From a virus (taxonomy: Duplodnaviria; Caudoviricetes): a stretch of 64,000 nt of DNA. Location: IMG/VR virus record IMGVR_UViG_3300038974_000325, positions 6,907-70,906 of that record. One strand, 5' to 3'. The translations under genes were made by a program, and so were the position numbers. The notes under the pieces are model-generated. The model worked only from the letters and a program-made list of their open reading frames with translations, had not been told where the DNA came from and made no database searches. Shown piece after piece: positions 10,206 through 19,784 of the stretch (positions are counted from its first letter, which is position 1; every line of letters starts with the position of its first letter).

Positions 10206-10772
10206 TTACATTCTATAACCAATCCCAACAATCAGTTGCTTATTGGTGGAAGTGCCCAAAAGAGCATCTATTCTATTCCACAATCTTACGCCAACTGAAA
10301 GTGAGTAGCTTGGTTCGTTTTCAATATCCAAAAAACATCCAGCCTGTATTATTGGCAAGACATTTCTTAGCTTAGTTTTGGACGGCACTTCTACATAAAC
10401 GTTCCTAACAACATCTTTGAATACATACACGCTATCAACGTATCCAGTGGTTTCCCACTGGAGGAAAAAAAGTTGGGGCTTAGTATCGTATTTCACATTC
10501 AATTTGGTGACAATTTTACCTGATGTTAGGGTTGTATCCATGACCGCAACCTGATGATTTGTCATGGTGCTGTCTTTTTCCACTACTGGGACATTAACAA
10601 TCGTCTTTTTGGGATAGTAAACAGGCTTAGACACATATATCGTATCAATTCTTGTGGTTTCCGTAATAGTTTGAGTTGTGGGCTTCTTGTAAATCTCTTT
10701 GGACACGAAAAAGCCAGCAATGAAGGTTGTGATGAGGCTAAACACAACTAAAACATAGTGTATCGTTTTCAT
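10206..10772 (-). CDS. Membrane-anchored spanin-like protein (possibly unimolecular)
   Basis: N-terminal TM segment, extended Thr/Val/Pro linker (RIDTIYVSKP) and C-terminal amphipathic beta strands ending IVGIGYRM; adjacent to the holin candidate. Confidence 0.45.
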   Translation of the reverse strand: MKTIHYVLVVFSLITTFIAGFFVSKEIYKKPTTQTITETTRIDTIYVSKPVYYPKKTIVNVPVVEKDSTMTNHQVAVMDTTLTSGKIVTKLNVKYDTKPQLFFLQWETTGYVDSVYVFKDVVRNVYVEVPSKTKLRNVLPIIQAGCFLDIENEPSYSLSVGVRLWNRIDALLGTSTNKQLIVGIGYRM

Positions 10773-11464
10773 ACCTGCTCTAACGCTTCAAGCATCCCAC
10801 TTATTCTGTGTCTTGCATCGCTTACTGCATCGCACTGAGCATCGCTAATGCCTTTTTCAACCTCTTTATACAGCCAACCAACAAGCAGTATTCCAACCGT
10901 CATTTTCTTGGTTTGAATTGCAGCACAAACAGCACTTTCTATGTGCATAGAGTCAAAGATAGCCTTGTCAGGATAGCCGTATTCCGAAACGCTTTCTATT
11001 TTCACAACTTCAGATGGGCTGGTGAACATAAGCTTTGACGTTTTGTGCATTGCCGTTGTCGAAATCTTCGGAGAAGTTTGGATAAACGAGGGGTATCCCT
11101 GCTCAACAGCCTCATACTTTACCAACTGATAATTAAAGCAGATACCACTAAAAGACCTTTCTCCGTTTGAGTAAAGCCAAATCTGAGCAACGTTAGCACC
11201 AGTTTCTTTGCGAAGTTCAACAAGTTCGCTCTGGATATTTCCGTTTATTGCGATAGCTTTTTGCATCTTTGACGTGGAGTGTTTCTTGTGACCATCATTA
11301 TCCTTGAACAGCTTTTTTGATGCCCAACCAGTAAACGCTTGGGCAAGCCCCTGAGCAACCACGAACACCACTAACAAAACCACAAACAGCAAAACCGTTG
11401 AGGCTGCATCCACTGAGGACATCGTTTCAAACACGTCTCTGATAGTTTTAGCGTCAACGCTCAT
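10769..11464 (-). CDS. Holin-like protein (single TM plus globular domain, T4 gpt-like architecture)
   Basis: One N-terminal TM helix followed by a soluble domain (IWLYSNGERSFSGICF...YEAVEQG; AAIQTKKMTVGILLVGW) with a GAF-like layout. Confidence 0.5.
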   Translation of the reverse strand: MSVDAKTIRDVFETMSSVDAASTVLLFVVLLVVFVVAQGLAQAFTGWASKKLFKDNDGHKKHSTSKMQKAIAINGNIQSELVELRKETGANVAQIWLYSNGERSFSGICFNYQLVKYEAVEQGYPSFIQTSPKISTTAMHKTSKLMFTSPSEVVKIESVSEYGYPDKAIFDSMHIESAVCAAIQTKKMTVGILLVGWLYKEVEKGISDAQCDAVSDARHRISGMLEALEQV

Positions 11465-11467
11465 TAT

Positions 11468-11755
11468 CTACCTCAAAAAAAGAACTGGAGCGGTTCTTAC
11501 GCCAATCCAAAAAAACAAAGCCACCACCGTTGACACCGCATCAATGAGAACCTCATACGGGTTTACATTTGTGCGGCACAAATCACATCTCTTTTCTCTT
11601 TGTATCCGTTTGATTACCTCAATCACAACAACACAACACAAACTCGCAACTAACGCTACCTTGATGCTGAACAATATCTCAAATACCGCAACACAAACAA
11701 GGACAACGATAAACACGAATGGATGAGTGTGCTTCGTATCAAAATTGACCTTCAT
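11468..11755 (-). CDS. Small multi-TM membrane protein
   Basis: 95 aa with three hydrophobic segments and a K-H...E...D pattern. Confidence 0.55.
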   Translation of the reverse strand: MKVNFDTKHTHPFVFIVVLVCVAVFEILFSIKVALVASLCCVVVIEVIKRIQREKRCDLCRTNVNPYEVLIDAVSTVVALFFWIGVRTAPVLFLR

Positions 11756-11759
11756 CTTA

Positions 11760-12323
11760 TCACTCCTTTATAACATTTCCATTAAAAACAATTTCATCTA
11801 TTGCGTCAACATCTTTTAGTTCAATGGTTGGGTCAAACATTACAAGAACCGACAGCATAAACACTTTGTGATATGCACTCGAATACTCGTTACTGAACAC
11901 ATTGTCAAGATAAACCTGACAAGTTTCTGAATGCGATTTGCTAAAATCTACATTGAAATACGGCTCTCTTTCGAGTTTCGCATAGAGCATTTCCGTTACC
12001 GACATAAAGTTTACTGGGTTTGTGTCAACATACTCAAGAGAAAACGAAACTCTATACGGAATTGCCTTTTCCTTTGAGTAGATACCGTCTGGCGTTGTTA
12101 CGAACTCTGTCCTTAATCCAGAATGAAGCTGCTCTTTATCTCTTGCAAGACCAAACTTCTCCACAAAAAAATACGGAAACGAAGGCGTATCGTGTTCCCT
12201 TGTGTATCCCTTAATGTGAAGCGGAACACGCTTATCGTCAATCCTGAACGGAGAAAGATATTTCTTCAGTGCAGTTATCACCGATACGGTGTATTGCGGT
12301 GGGGTTACTTTAATTGACATCAC
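11760..12323 (-). CDS. Tail terminator / neck protein
   Basis: Follows the tail-completion gene; P.FPYF.V...G..RD pattern. Confidence 0.55.
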   Translation of the reverse strand: MMSIKVTPPQYTVSVITALKKYLSPFRIDDKRVPLHIKGYTREHDTPSFPYFFVEKFGLARDKEQLHSGLRTEFVTTPDGIYSKEKAIPYRVSFSLEYVDTNPVNFMSVTEMLYAKLEREPYFNVDFSKSHSETCQVYLDNVFSNEYSSAYHKVFMLSVLVMFDPTIELKDVDAIDEIVFNGNVIKE

Positions 12324-12793
12324 TTCAACCTAAAAGCCCTTTCAACTGCCTTTTGGCATTCGTCTATAAACGTGTTTTCGTTTTCTTTCAATGCTGGAGT
12401 AATTGCGTCTCTCTGAGGTATTCCAGACCGTTTACCAGAAGCATCAACAGCAGATGAGCCAAAAGTGTGAACAGCAAAGATATTCGCAAGAGATTTTCCG
12501 TCTTTGCTTAGTGCAGTCCTATGAACCCCAGTAAGGTATCCATCTGGAAGTCTGTGAACGTTTATGCTTCCAACCAAATCTCCCTTGTCTATAAGCGGAG
12601 TTGAGCTTTTCTTCTGCTTAATTGTTGAAGGTGCATTCGGCTCAAGATTAAACCGTTTGGAAGTTATACCAGTAATCATCGACCTCTGAACTTTGTATGC
12701 TACCGTTTTCAGAGCCTTATCAAGCTCTTTCTTAACGCTGTCTTCTATGCCGTCAAGCATTGCTATAAACCCGTTCCAGTTCCCAGTTTTCAC
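12320..12793 (-). CDS. Tail completion / virion morphogenesis protein (Mu gpG/HK97 gp10-like)
   Basis: PNAPSTIKQKKSSTPLIDKGDLVGSI...VHTFG...IPQRDAI motif. Confidence 0.75.
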   Translation of the reverse strand: MKTGNWNGFIAMLDGIEDSVKKELDKALKTVAYKVQRSMITGITSKRFNLEPNAPSTIKQKKSSTPLIDKGDLVGSINVHRLPDGYLTGVHRTALSKDGKSLANIFAVHTFGSSAVDASGKRSGIPQRDAITPALKENENTFIDECQKAVERAFRLK

Positions 12794-13167
12794 AACTCTT
12801 CTTCCTCTGGTTCTTCTGAAACAGGCTCTTCGTAAACCACGCTACCGCCGCTTACTTGCACATAAACAAAGCTTATCGTGAAAATCTGATTGACCGATTG
12901 CAACAGCGAGGTTATTCTAAAAAACCTTTCTCCAATCTTTAGCCTACTATCCTCAGTGAGTCTGGACGCAACTATCTTTGACTTGGTAACAACAACGCTT
13001 CCTATGGTTTCCTTTATCCCGTGTTCGTTGGGTTCTTTGTCCTTTTTCCACGTTACAAACGGAACTCCGATAATGCCAGACTTTACAAATGAGTTGTCAT
13101 TGAAATACCCTATCTGGTTTTCAATCGGTGCGTCTTGCTTGGGAGCGTAAACCTCTACAATAATCAT
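12790..13167 (-). CDS. Putative head closure protein
   Basis: Lies between the adaptor and tail-completion genes; beta-rich 125 aa. Confidence 0.5.
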   Translation of the reverse strand: MIIVEVYAPKQDAPIENQIGYFNDNSFVKSGIIGVPFVTWKKDKEPNEHGIKETIGSVVVTKSKIVASRLTEDSRLKIGERFFRITSLLQSVNQIFTISFVYVQVSGGSVVYEEPVSEEPEEEEL

Positions 13168-13847
13168 AAGGCAGCAAGCTTAAATCTGGGTGATGTTTTT
13201 TGTGCTATTGCAGAGTATGGCAATGCGTGTGGCGTAAGCAACCTATCAACTTCAATGTTCCCAGTTACAGAGCCATAACTGCTGTTAATCAAATCAAAAG
13301 AAAGCTTATCAAGAGTAATTGACTTTGACGCTGACTGCATTCTGTCATACTTGTCACCGATAAGGTAATCTTCAAGCAAAATTGAAACAGCAAGTTCAAC
13401 GTCATTAGGAACTCCCTCGTTAGCGTCATATCCGAACTTGCCCTCTACATAAACGTCTCTGCCAGTAACATACCGAGAAAGTGAAACTGAGTCTTTTTCA
13501 ACAGACCATTCCGTTGATTGCAGTTCATTTCCTGCGTATATGACTCTATTTACCTCAACGCATCTAAATGGAAACGGAAGAACATTAGCACCTACTCCTG
13601 CGTCATAACGAAGGGAAAGCGAGAGCTTGTCAAAAAACAGTCCAGTAGCACGATAAATTATCCCGCTAATAAACCCGTGAGCCATCGCCTTCTTGTCTGA
13701 CTCAACATCGGCATATCCCTTAAAGGTCGCTATTTCTCCAAATCGCTCTTCACTTAACACATTGGGAATCGACACCAACTCTGGTGTTTCGTATAAAAAC
13801 GTTGCAAGTGTTCTTTCTATTGTCGTTAGTCTCTCGAAATAGCTCAT
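13164..13847 (-). CDS. Head-tail adaptor/connector
   Basis: IYRATGLFF...VEGKFGY...VPNDVELAVSIL...TGNIEVDRLL, an SPP1 gp15/gp6-like adaptor pattern. Confidence 0.75.
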   Translation of the reverse strand: MSYFERLTTIERTLATFLYETPELVSIPNVLSEERFGEIATFKGYADVESDKKAMAHGFISGIIYRATGLFFDKLSLSLRYDAGVGANVLPFPFRCVEVNRVIYAGNELQSTEWSVEKDSVSLSRYVTGRDVYVEGKFGYDANEGVPNDVELAVSILLEDYLIGDKYDRMQSASKSITLDKLSFDLINSSYGSVTGNIEVDRLLTPHALPYSAIAQKTSPRFKLAAL

Positions 13848-13868
13848 TGGTGCTCCTGTTTTGGGTTT

Positions 13869-13897
13869 AGTGGGGATAGGTATAATCTACCCCCACT
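13869..13897 (-). terminator. Stem-loop downstream of the 177-aa gene
   Basis: Inverted repeat AGTGGGGGTAG-attatac-CTATCCCCACT (minus strand); no clear U-tract. Confidence 0.45.
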
Positions 13898-13911
13898 TAA
13901 ACGCTGTTAGG

Positions 13912-14445
13912 CTACTCTTTGCCTTTTCCACTACCCTTCGTGGCTTTGGCAAGTTTCTCTTCCATTTCTTTGCGGAACTCTGCGACGGTTTCGGCAAAGG
14001 CTTTCTTTTGGGCTGCCATTTCGCCCTCAAGGTCTGTTACACGCTTTTTCAGGTCTGCGTTTTCCTTGATGAGGGCTTTAATGTTTCCTTCTCCAACTGG
14101 TGTGTCAAACACAACGTTGATGAGTTTTGCTTTGATTGCCTTTTCGATTTCCCGCACATAGTCCTCATGGTTCACAAGTTTTCCCTTGTTTCTTCCAAGA
14201 GAGTCAAGGATTGCGGCAAGCTCCCTCTTGGGAAGCTGCGACCAATCTTTGGGGAGTTTAATGTTTTTGATGTCGCCAGCTACTCTGAACAAAGCTGGTT
14301 CTTTCTTTTGCAGTCTCTGAATTGAGGACACAACATCATCGTTATCGGCAAAATACTGAGGAACTCCCTTGTGAAAGGTTACAAGTTCACCAGTTGTTCT
14401 GGTTACGGTGTGGGTTGTTCTGCCAAGCAGAGTGATTTCTTTCAT
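13912..14445 (-). CDS. Hypothetical head-region protein
   Basis: Directly after the MCP gene, with SD AGGAG; C-terminal coiled coil. Confidence 0.65.
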   Translation of the reverse strand: MKEITLLGRTTHTVTRTTGELVTFHKGVPQYFADNDDVVSSIQRLQKKEPALFRVAGDIKNIKLPKDWSQLPKRELAAILDSLGRNKGKLVNHEDYVREIEKAIKAKLINVVFDTPVGEGNIKALIKENADLKKRVTDLEGEMAAQKKAFAETVAEFRKEMEEKLAKATKGSGKGKE

Positions 14446-14470
14446 GGTTTTTCTCCTGTTTCTTTATTTG

Positions 14471-14512
14471 AGCGAGAGGAAGGGGCGAGCATTAACCGCC
14501 CCAGTTCTCGCT
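14471..14512 (-). terminator. Long GC-rich stem-loop after the major capsid gene
   Basis: Nested inverted repeats AGCGAGA..GGGGCG / CGCCCC..TCTCGCT; no U-tract. Confidence 0.5.
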
Positions 14513-14530
14513 TATCGGACGCACGGGTTA

Positions 14531-15493
14531 TTATGGCTCTGGTTCAGGCTCAGGCTCGGTTTCATCCCAACCAACAACAACAGCATCTTCGTTGGCTATT
14601 TGGTAGCCGATGGGGGCAATCACTACGGACTGGATTACACGCTCCACAACCTTCTTGTCGAAGTCTCTTTCAATGCCCTGAGTGTCGATACCAAAGGCAA
14701 GGTTCTTCGGAAGGGTAAGCATGATGTGACCAGTGGGGAAGGAAGGAACACCAACCACAGGAATGTCCTTATAGGTTGGGGGAACACTTCCAAGCAGGAA
14801 GGGCAAAGAGCCAGCAGTTCCAGTTTGAGCAATCTGGTCAACGTAGGCGTTGCGGATTGCGGGGGTAGTGTAGAACCGCAGGGCTGACTGGTTTTTGAGA
14901 TACTGTTCTGGCATCAATCCAAGCATATTCTTGAACACGGTTTCCATGTAGTCAACGCTTCCTTTGATGTCATAGGTGTGACCGTCTCTCTTGGCTATCT
15001 TGAGCCAGCCGTCTGTGATGGTCTGGAAAGGATAGGTATCGGCATCGAGTGCAACGTCACCGTTGATACCCAAGTCCTCAACATCGTTTCCATAAGCTAC
15101 GGCAGCCATTTCCATGATGTGACGCAGAAGTGCTCCCTCGATGTCTTTACCATCGCTTTCAATGGTCAAACGTCTGAGGGTGCGAATGTCAAGCTCGAAC
15201 CAGATTTTTCCCTCAGTGAGGGTCAAGGTTCTTTTGCTTGACGTGATGGTGGCAGAAGTTCCAGCCTGACCAGCGTTGTGCTTTCTCATCTGACGTGCTT
15301 GCATTCCGAGTCGGTCAAGCTCGATTGAGTTTGTCACCATACGGCGAACATCGCACTCCTTGAGAATAACCTGTTGGTCAACAACGAGGTCAATAAACCG
15401 TTCTGCCTGTTGAGGCGTAAGCAATCCACCTGCTGAGAATGTGGTTGACTGGATTAACGCCTTGAACTTGGTTTCATCGAGATACTTTTTCAT
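14531..15493 (-). CDS. Major capsid protein (HK97 fold)
   Basis: AGGLLTPQQAERFIDLVVDQ...AYGNDVEDLGINGD...DGWLKIA; follows the protease/scaffold gene. Confidence 0.92.
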   Translation of the reverse strand: MKKYLDETKFKALIQSTTFSAGGLLTPQQAERFIDLVVDQQVILKECDVRRMVTNSIELDRLGMQARQMRKHNAGQAGTSATITSSKRTLTLTEGKIWFELDIRTLRRLTIESDGKDIEGALLRHIMEMAAVAYGNDVEDLGINGDVALDADTYPFQTITDGWLKIAKRDGHTYDIKGSVDYMETVFKNMLGLMPEQYLKNQSALRFYTTPAIRNAYVDQIAQTGTAGSLPFLLGSVPPTYKDIPVVGVPSFPTGHIMLTLPKNLAFGIDTQGIERDFDKKVVERVIQSVVIAPIGYQIANEDAVVVGWDETEPEPEPEP

Positions 15494-15510
15494 TTTTGCT
15501 TCTCCTTCTT

Positions 15511-17094
15511 TTATATCCAGAAATCGGGGTCTTCGGGGTCTTTGTCTGCTGCCTTACCGTCACTCTGCTCTGCAAGCTTTACGGCAGACGGGGCAATCTG
15601 TTTCACTCTTGCAAGCTCACTTTCGAGTCTTGCGTTTTCGGCTTCAAGAGCCTTTACCTTTTCATCCTGTTGAGCAGCGGGCTGCTCTTCTTGGGTTTTG
15701 GCAGGTTGCTCTTGGGCTGTTGCTACTGGAGCTTCATCTTTGTTCGGCTCTTCGGTGGTGGCGGGGGCATCGGGGGCAGGATTTCCAGCATCAGGCTGTT
15801 GTTCAGCAGCGTCAGCGGGAACATACTTCACACCGTCCACCATAATGGATTTGGTTTTCACAAGTTCCTCCTTGTTTTCTGGGATTACGCTTTTTGCTGT
15901 CAAAGACAGTGCCACGATTTGACGGAACAGATTAGTCCATTCAGACTTCGCATCATTGAAGGCTTTGATGGCAGCCATTTCCTTGTCCTCTGACGACATT
16001 GAGTCGGCATAAAGGATGTTACTAAGGACACGACCAAGTATCCAAGTAACGTCAAACAGCTTATGATTTAGCTGTTCTTGCTCTGTATAGCCTTCAACGG
16101 TTGTGAGGGGAGCTTCAATCTCTACGGACTTTGCTCCATCGGGCTTATCCTCTTTCCGCTTGAACATCGTGGCAAAGAACGACTTAAACTGACCAAACAG
16201 GCTTTCGTTTCCGCTGTTTATTGCATCACGAACCATTCTGTCAATTTCTTGGGTTTGTTCGAGACCCTCTGCCACGTTTTGAGGGTTTTCAAACTTGTTC
16301 CCATACTCGTTATCGAGGGCGAGAGGGGGAACAGCTTCTTCTGTTCCAGAGTCGGAAATAGCCTTTGACAAGACAGAGTAAGCAGCTTCCTTTTGCTCAT
16401 CTGTCATAAACTTCACGTCCTCTGGGCGATTGCTATTAAGAATGTTGATTGAGGCAAAAGCAAGCTCTGCATCCACCTCTCCTTCCACGTTCTTATATGG
16501 AAACAGTCTGGCTGCTTTTCCATCAATCTCCCCAACGAAGGCGAAACTGTCATTGGGCATCTTTTCCTTATCTTCAATGGTCAGCACTTTTGCCATTTGT
16601 TTTCCTCCTTTGGCGTTTTCTTCAAGCACTTTGTTTATGTGGTCAAGTAGGCATTTTTTGTTCATGGGTCTATCAACGACTGAGATTTCAACAAGTTCTA
16701 TATCTTCAAGAACAACAACTCCGTCTGCTCTCTTGTATTGGCTGTTAATGATGTAGCCTATCGAGAAGCCCTTATACACCTTCTTGATTATTTTTTCCTG
16801 AACGTCCTTGTCTATAATTGCAGCCTCAATCCACAGTCCGTCCTCTTCCATTATCATAACCTTGCAAACACCAGCACCGCCCAAGAACGGATTGTGCATT
16901 TGCCTGATATTTCCAAAGTCGGCATAAGACTTCAAAGAACGGTTTATCGCCTTGAGAGGAACAACTTCTTTCCCGCTGTCTATGTTTGCTTGGGAAGCCC
17001 AACCATAAACAAGCAAATCACCATCCTTGTTCTTGGCAAAGCTTTGAACCTTGCAATACATCGTTCTCAAGTTCTTTTCAGTTATCGGGTTCAC
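15511..17094 (-). CDS. Prohead protease fused to scaffold
   Basis: N-terminal HK97-type protease (VYGWASQANIDSGKEVV, RQMH, YKGFSIGY, EISVVDRPMN) and a long acidic, low-complexity C-terminal scaffold. Confidence 0.88.
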   Translation of the reverse strand: MNPITEKNLRTMYCKVQSFAKNKDGDLLVYGWASQANIDSGKEVVPLKAINRSLKSYADFGNIRQMHNPFLGGAGVCKVMIMEEDGLWIEAAIIDKDVQEKIIKKVYKGFSIGYIINSQYKRADGVVVLEDIELVEISVVDRPMNKKCLLDHINKVLEENAKGGKQMAKVLTIEDKEKMPNDSFAFVGEIDGKAARLFPYKNVEGEVDAELAFASINILNSNRPEDVKFMTDEQKEAAYSVLSKAISDSGTEEAVPPLALDNEYGNKFENPQNVAEGLEQTQEIDRMVRDAINSGNESLFGQFKSFFATMFKRKEDKPDGAKSVEIEAPLTTVEGYTEQEQLNHKLFDVTWILGRVLSNILYADSMSSEDKEMAAIKAFNDAKSEWTNLFRQIVALSLTAKSVIPENKEELVKTKSIMVDGVKYVPADAAEQQPDAGNPAPDAPATTEEPNKDEAPVATAQEQPAKTQEEQPAAQQDEKVKALEAENARLESELARVKQIAPSAVKLAEQSDGKAADKDPEDPDFWI

Positions 17095-17109
17095 ATTAGC
17101 TCCTTACAA

Positions 17110-18048
17110 TCATTCTTTGGTTACCGACACAGACCTTATTTCTGGGTCGTGATAAACCAGTATGCTACGGCAATTACAGTGAAGGGGTGGAGTTCCAAAT
17201 CCAGCAGCAGCAAGGTCGTTTTCAGACACACGCTTGCCCTCTTTGTCAACTATATCTGAAAGCTTAGGAAATGGCGATACCTCTGGGAGTTTATCCTCTC
17301 CCGCTTCTTCCACACGCTCAATGTGATGTATCAGGGTTGATACCTCGAAAACGGCACCATTCATGTTCTGGCATATAGCAGACGTCCTTTCGTCCATCAT
17401 TGCAACAAACTCAACTTCCGTTACTTGTTCTGCGTGGAACGCATAAACACGAGACCAGTTTCTTACTCGATTGGCAGAGGTTCTTGCCACAACTGAATAT
17501 CTGTAAAACTCACGCTCTACACCATCTTTAACTGTATCACGAATTAGCTTTGCAGTGTCGAGAGCACCAAGACCTTTTTCAAATGTGGCTACCCTGATTA
17601 TCTCTCTTATCTGGTCTTCATAACCAGCAAACTGCTTGCCGACATAAAACTTGTCAACTGAACGCATGAACTCTATTGCTTTCTTATCTGGAAGGGTCAT
17701 TGATACTTCAGTAACAGCCTTTCGTGATGTTTCGTATATGGCTTTAACCGTTTTGTCTATAATTGCTTGCATCTTCTCTGGTGCTGTCGTTCCGAGTGCG
17801 TTTACGTATGCCTTTTCTGCTGCTTCGTAGAGGGAGTTTCTGTCAAACCCGATGTGCATACCTGTTGCAACGTTCTTAACATACGAATAAGCAACACTCA
17901 TTTGGGTTGTCAGCACCTTTGCAAGACTTAAAACGTATTCCATTTCCTGTGCAAGAAACAGGTCGTCTGCAAGTGGGTCTCCCTCTCCTTGCAACTTAAT
18001 AGCTTCCGCTGTAATGAGCTTAATCTTGTCTTCCACCGAAAACACCAT
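17110..18048 (-). CDS. Head morphogenesis protein (SPP1 gp7 / Mu gpF)
   Basis: VARTSANRVRN...AMMDERTSAICQNMNG...PPLHCNCRS. Confidence 0.88.
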   Translation of the reverse strand: MVFSVEDKIKLITAEAIKLQGEGDPLADDLFLAQEMEYVLSLAKVLTTQMSVAYSYVKNVATGMHIGFDRNSLYEAAEKAYVNALGTTAPEKMQAIIDKTVKAIYETSRKAVTEVSMTLPDKKAIEFMRSVDKFYVGKQFAGYEDQIREIIRVATFEKGLGALDTAKLIRDTVKDGVEREFYRYSVVARTSANRVRNWSRVYAFHAEQVTEVEFVAMMDERTSAICQNMNGAVFEVSTLIHHIERVEEAGEDKLPEVSPFPKLSDIVDKEGKRVSENDLAAAGFGTPPLHCNCRSILVYHDPEIRSVSVTKE

Positions 18049-19567
18049 ATCCAGACAAAATCATCTTGTAAGCCTGAGCCATGTCACCAGTCTTGAAAAC
18101 CTTTTCAAGCTTTGCCATTTGTGCGGTCTTAACCTCTTGCGTAGTGCTGTCAAGGGCTTGCATCACCAACATCAATTCGAGTGATTTGAGGGGAGTGTTA
18201 TACATTGGGTCTTCTTCATCACCAAAAGCACGAAGCCCAAGCGTTTCCCTGATTTCATTTATCGTTCCAACCTTTGTGCTTGACATCTTTTCTGCAAGTT
18301 GCAAACGATACTCTGGGTCGTCAATCTTCATCTTGATGAAAGCAAACCACACAGACGGAGTTCCAGACACATTGGCTTTCTTGAGAATATCTGCAACTAT
18401 GGTCTGATTGATTATCTCGTCCATTTCTGTTCGGATTGGGCTGAAAACCTGCTCTTCTGCTATCTCTTTTGCTGCTGTCGCTGCTGCCCTGTTTACATCA
18501 TCTGTCTCACCAAGAATTATCTTGCTTATGCGAAACGACCTGCGAATACGAACATCGTTCCTGTCTTGAAACTTCTGAAAGTCCGCATCTTTCCACGAGT
18601 TGAGTGGAACTACCTGAACCGTAGCTTTTTCAAGACCTTCCCTGATTGCGTCCTTGTCGTATCCTTCAACTTCTACAAGTAAGGTTTTACCTGCATTCTC
18701 TGCACCCTTAAACTCATTCTGGAAATAGCTTTTGAGTTCGTTCTTTCCGCTTACTATCGAGCCATTGTTTACTATCACCATCTGGTCAGGAACACAGTTG
18801 TTTTTGAACCTGTTATTGTTCGTGGTCGAGGCATAGTTGTTTCCAACAATGGCACTTTCTGTGGACAGATATTGAGGGACACCATAGTATCTTGATTTCG
18901 TGTTGTGGTTCTTGAACTCTATTAGCTCTGAAGCCCTGAGTGCTGGCTCTACGTTGCCATACTCGCCAGTCTCCCTGTTCATGTGCCTTTCATCGCCAAA
19001 GTTCTTGAAATACATGACTGGCTTTAAGTCACCACTTTTCCCAGAAACCATGACGTAGCCACGCTTTTCCACAACGTTTTCGTTTGGAACTATCTTGTCT
19101 TTTCTCGCTCTTATCCTGAAGGTGGGGGCATGATATAATCGTGCAATGTTGCCATCAATATCCCTTCGTACTTCCATGTAACCAGTTCCAAACGTTTCCC
19201 TGTCTATAATAACGAGTTTCGATATAACAATAAAGCTTTCAAACTGCTCATTGGGATTGTTAAACACGTTTTCTATAAGAGCTTTCTGAGCCTTAAACGA
19301 TGCCTCATCTCCCTCGTATTGTTCAAAACGATAACCAAACCCAACAACGTTTTGAGCTATTGCACGAATGTTTGAGTCAACAATATCATCCGTCTCTGGA
19401 ACTTGACTGAGGTTTTCGTAACTATAAACAGGTTCAGCAAGCTCGTCTGTTTTCGAGTCGCTGCTTGCATACTGCGAAGACGTTGCTTGCACTTTGCCAA
19501 ACAAGGACTCGTCCTTGCTGTCTTTGGTGCCAAGTTTCGTTATATTGACTTTAACTTTCTGTTTCAT
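18020..19567 (-). CDS. Portal protein (PBSX-type)
   Basis: DRETFGTGYMEV.R...LYHAP; SRYYGVPQY; FKNNCVPD; INEIRETLGL. Confidence 0.92.
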   Translation of the reverse strand: MKQKVKVNITKLGTKDSKDESLFGKVQATSSQYASSDSKTDELAEPVYSYENLSQVPETDDIVDSNIRAIAQNVVGFGYRFEQYEGDEASFKAQKALIENVFNNPNEQFESFIVISKLVIIDRETFGTGYMEVRRDIDGNIARLYHAPTFRIRARKDKIVPNENVVEKRGYVMVSGKSGDLKPVMYFKNFGDERHMNRETGEYGNVEPALRASELIEFKNHNTKSRYYGVPQYLSTESAIVGNNYASTTNNNRFKNNCVPDQMVIVNNGSIVSGKNELKSYFQNEFKGAENAGKTLLVEVEGYDKDAIREGLEKATVQVVPLNSWKDADFQKFQDRNDVRIRRSFRISKIILGETDDVNRAAATAAKEIAEEQVFSPIRTEMDEIINQTIVADILKKANVSGTPSVWFAFIKMKIDDPEYRLQLAEKMSSTKVGTINEIRETLGLRAFGDEEDPMYNTPLKSLELMLVMQALDSTTQEVKTAQMAKLEKVFKTGDMAQAYKMILSGYGVFGGRQD

Positions 19568-19592
19568 TCAAACCTCTAAGTCAAAGATAGTC

Positions 19593-19611
19593 ACAGCACA
19601 TTTCCTGTCAA
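19593..19611 (-). promoter_or_regulatory. Putative sigma70-type promoter of the head operon (-35 region and spacer)
   Basis: TTGACA-16 nt-TATCTT upstream of the portal gene. Confidence 0.5.
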
Positions 19612-19734
19612 TACTAATTGCCTTGTATTTTCGTTTTTCCCACCGTGGAACGCCTCATAAACTCTCATTGTCGTGAGATTGCATTTCATCTTGTGTAATT
19701 TGATTGGTTTTGTGGCTTGTCTCTATATTTACAC

Positions 19735-19764
19735 AAAAAAGAGCATAGGACTCGCCCATGCTCT
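19735..19764 (-). terminator. Rho-independent terminator after the clamp gene
   Basis: AGAGCAT...ATGCTCT stem followed by a T-run on the minus strand. Confidence 0.75.
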
Positions 19765-19784
19765 TGGTGTGGGTGTCTTGTGCA

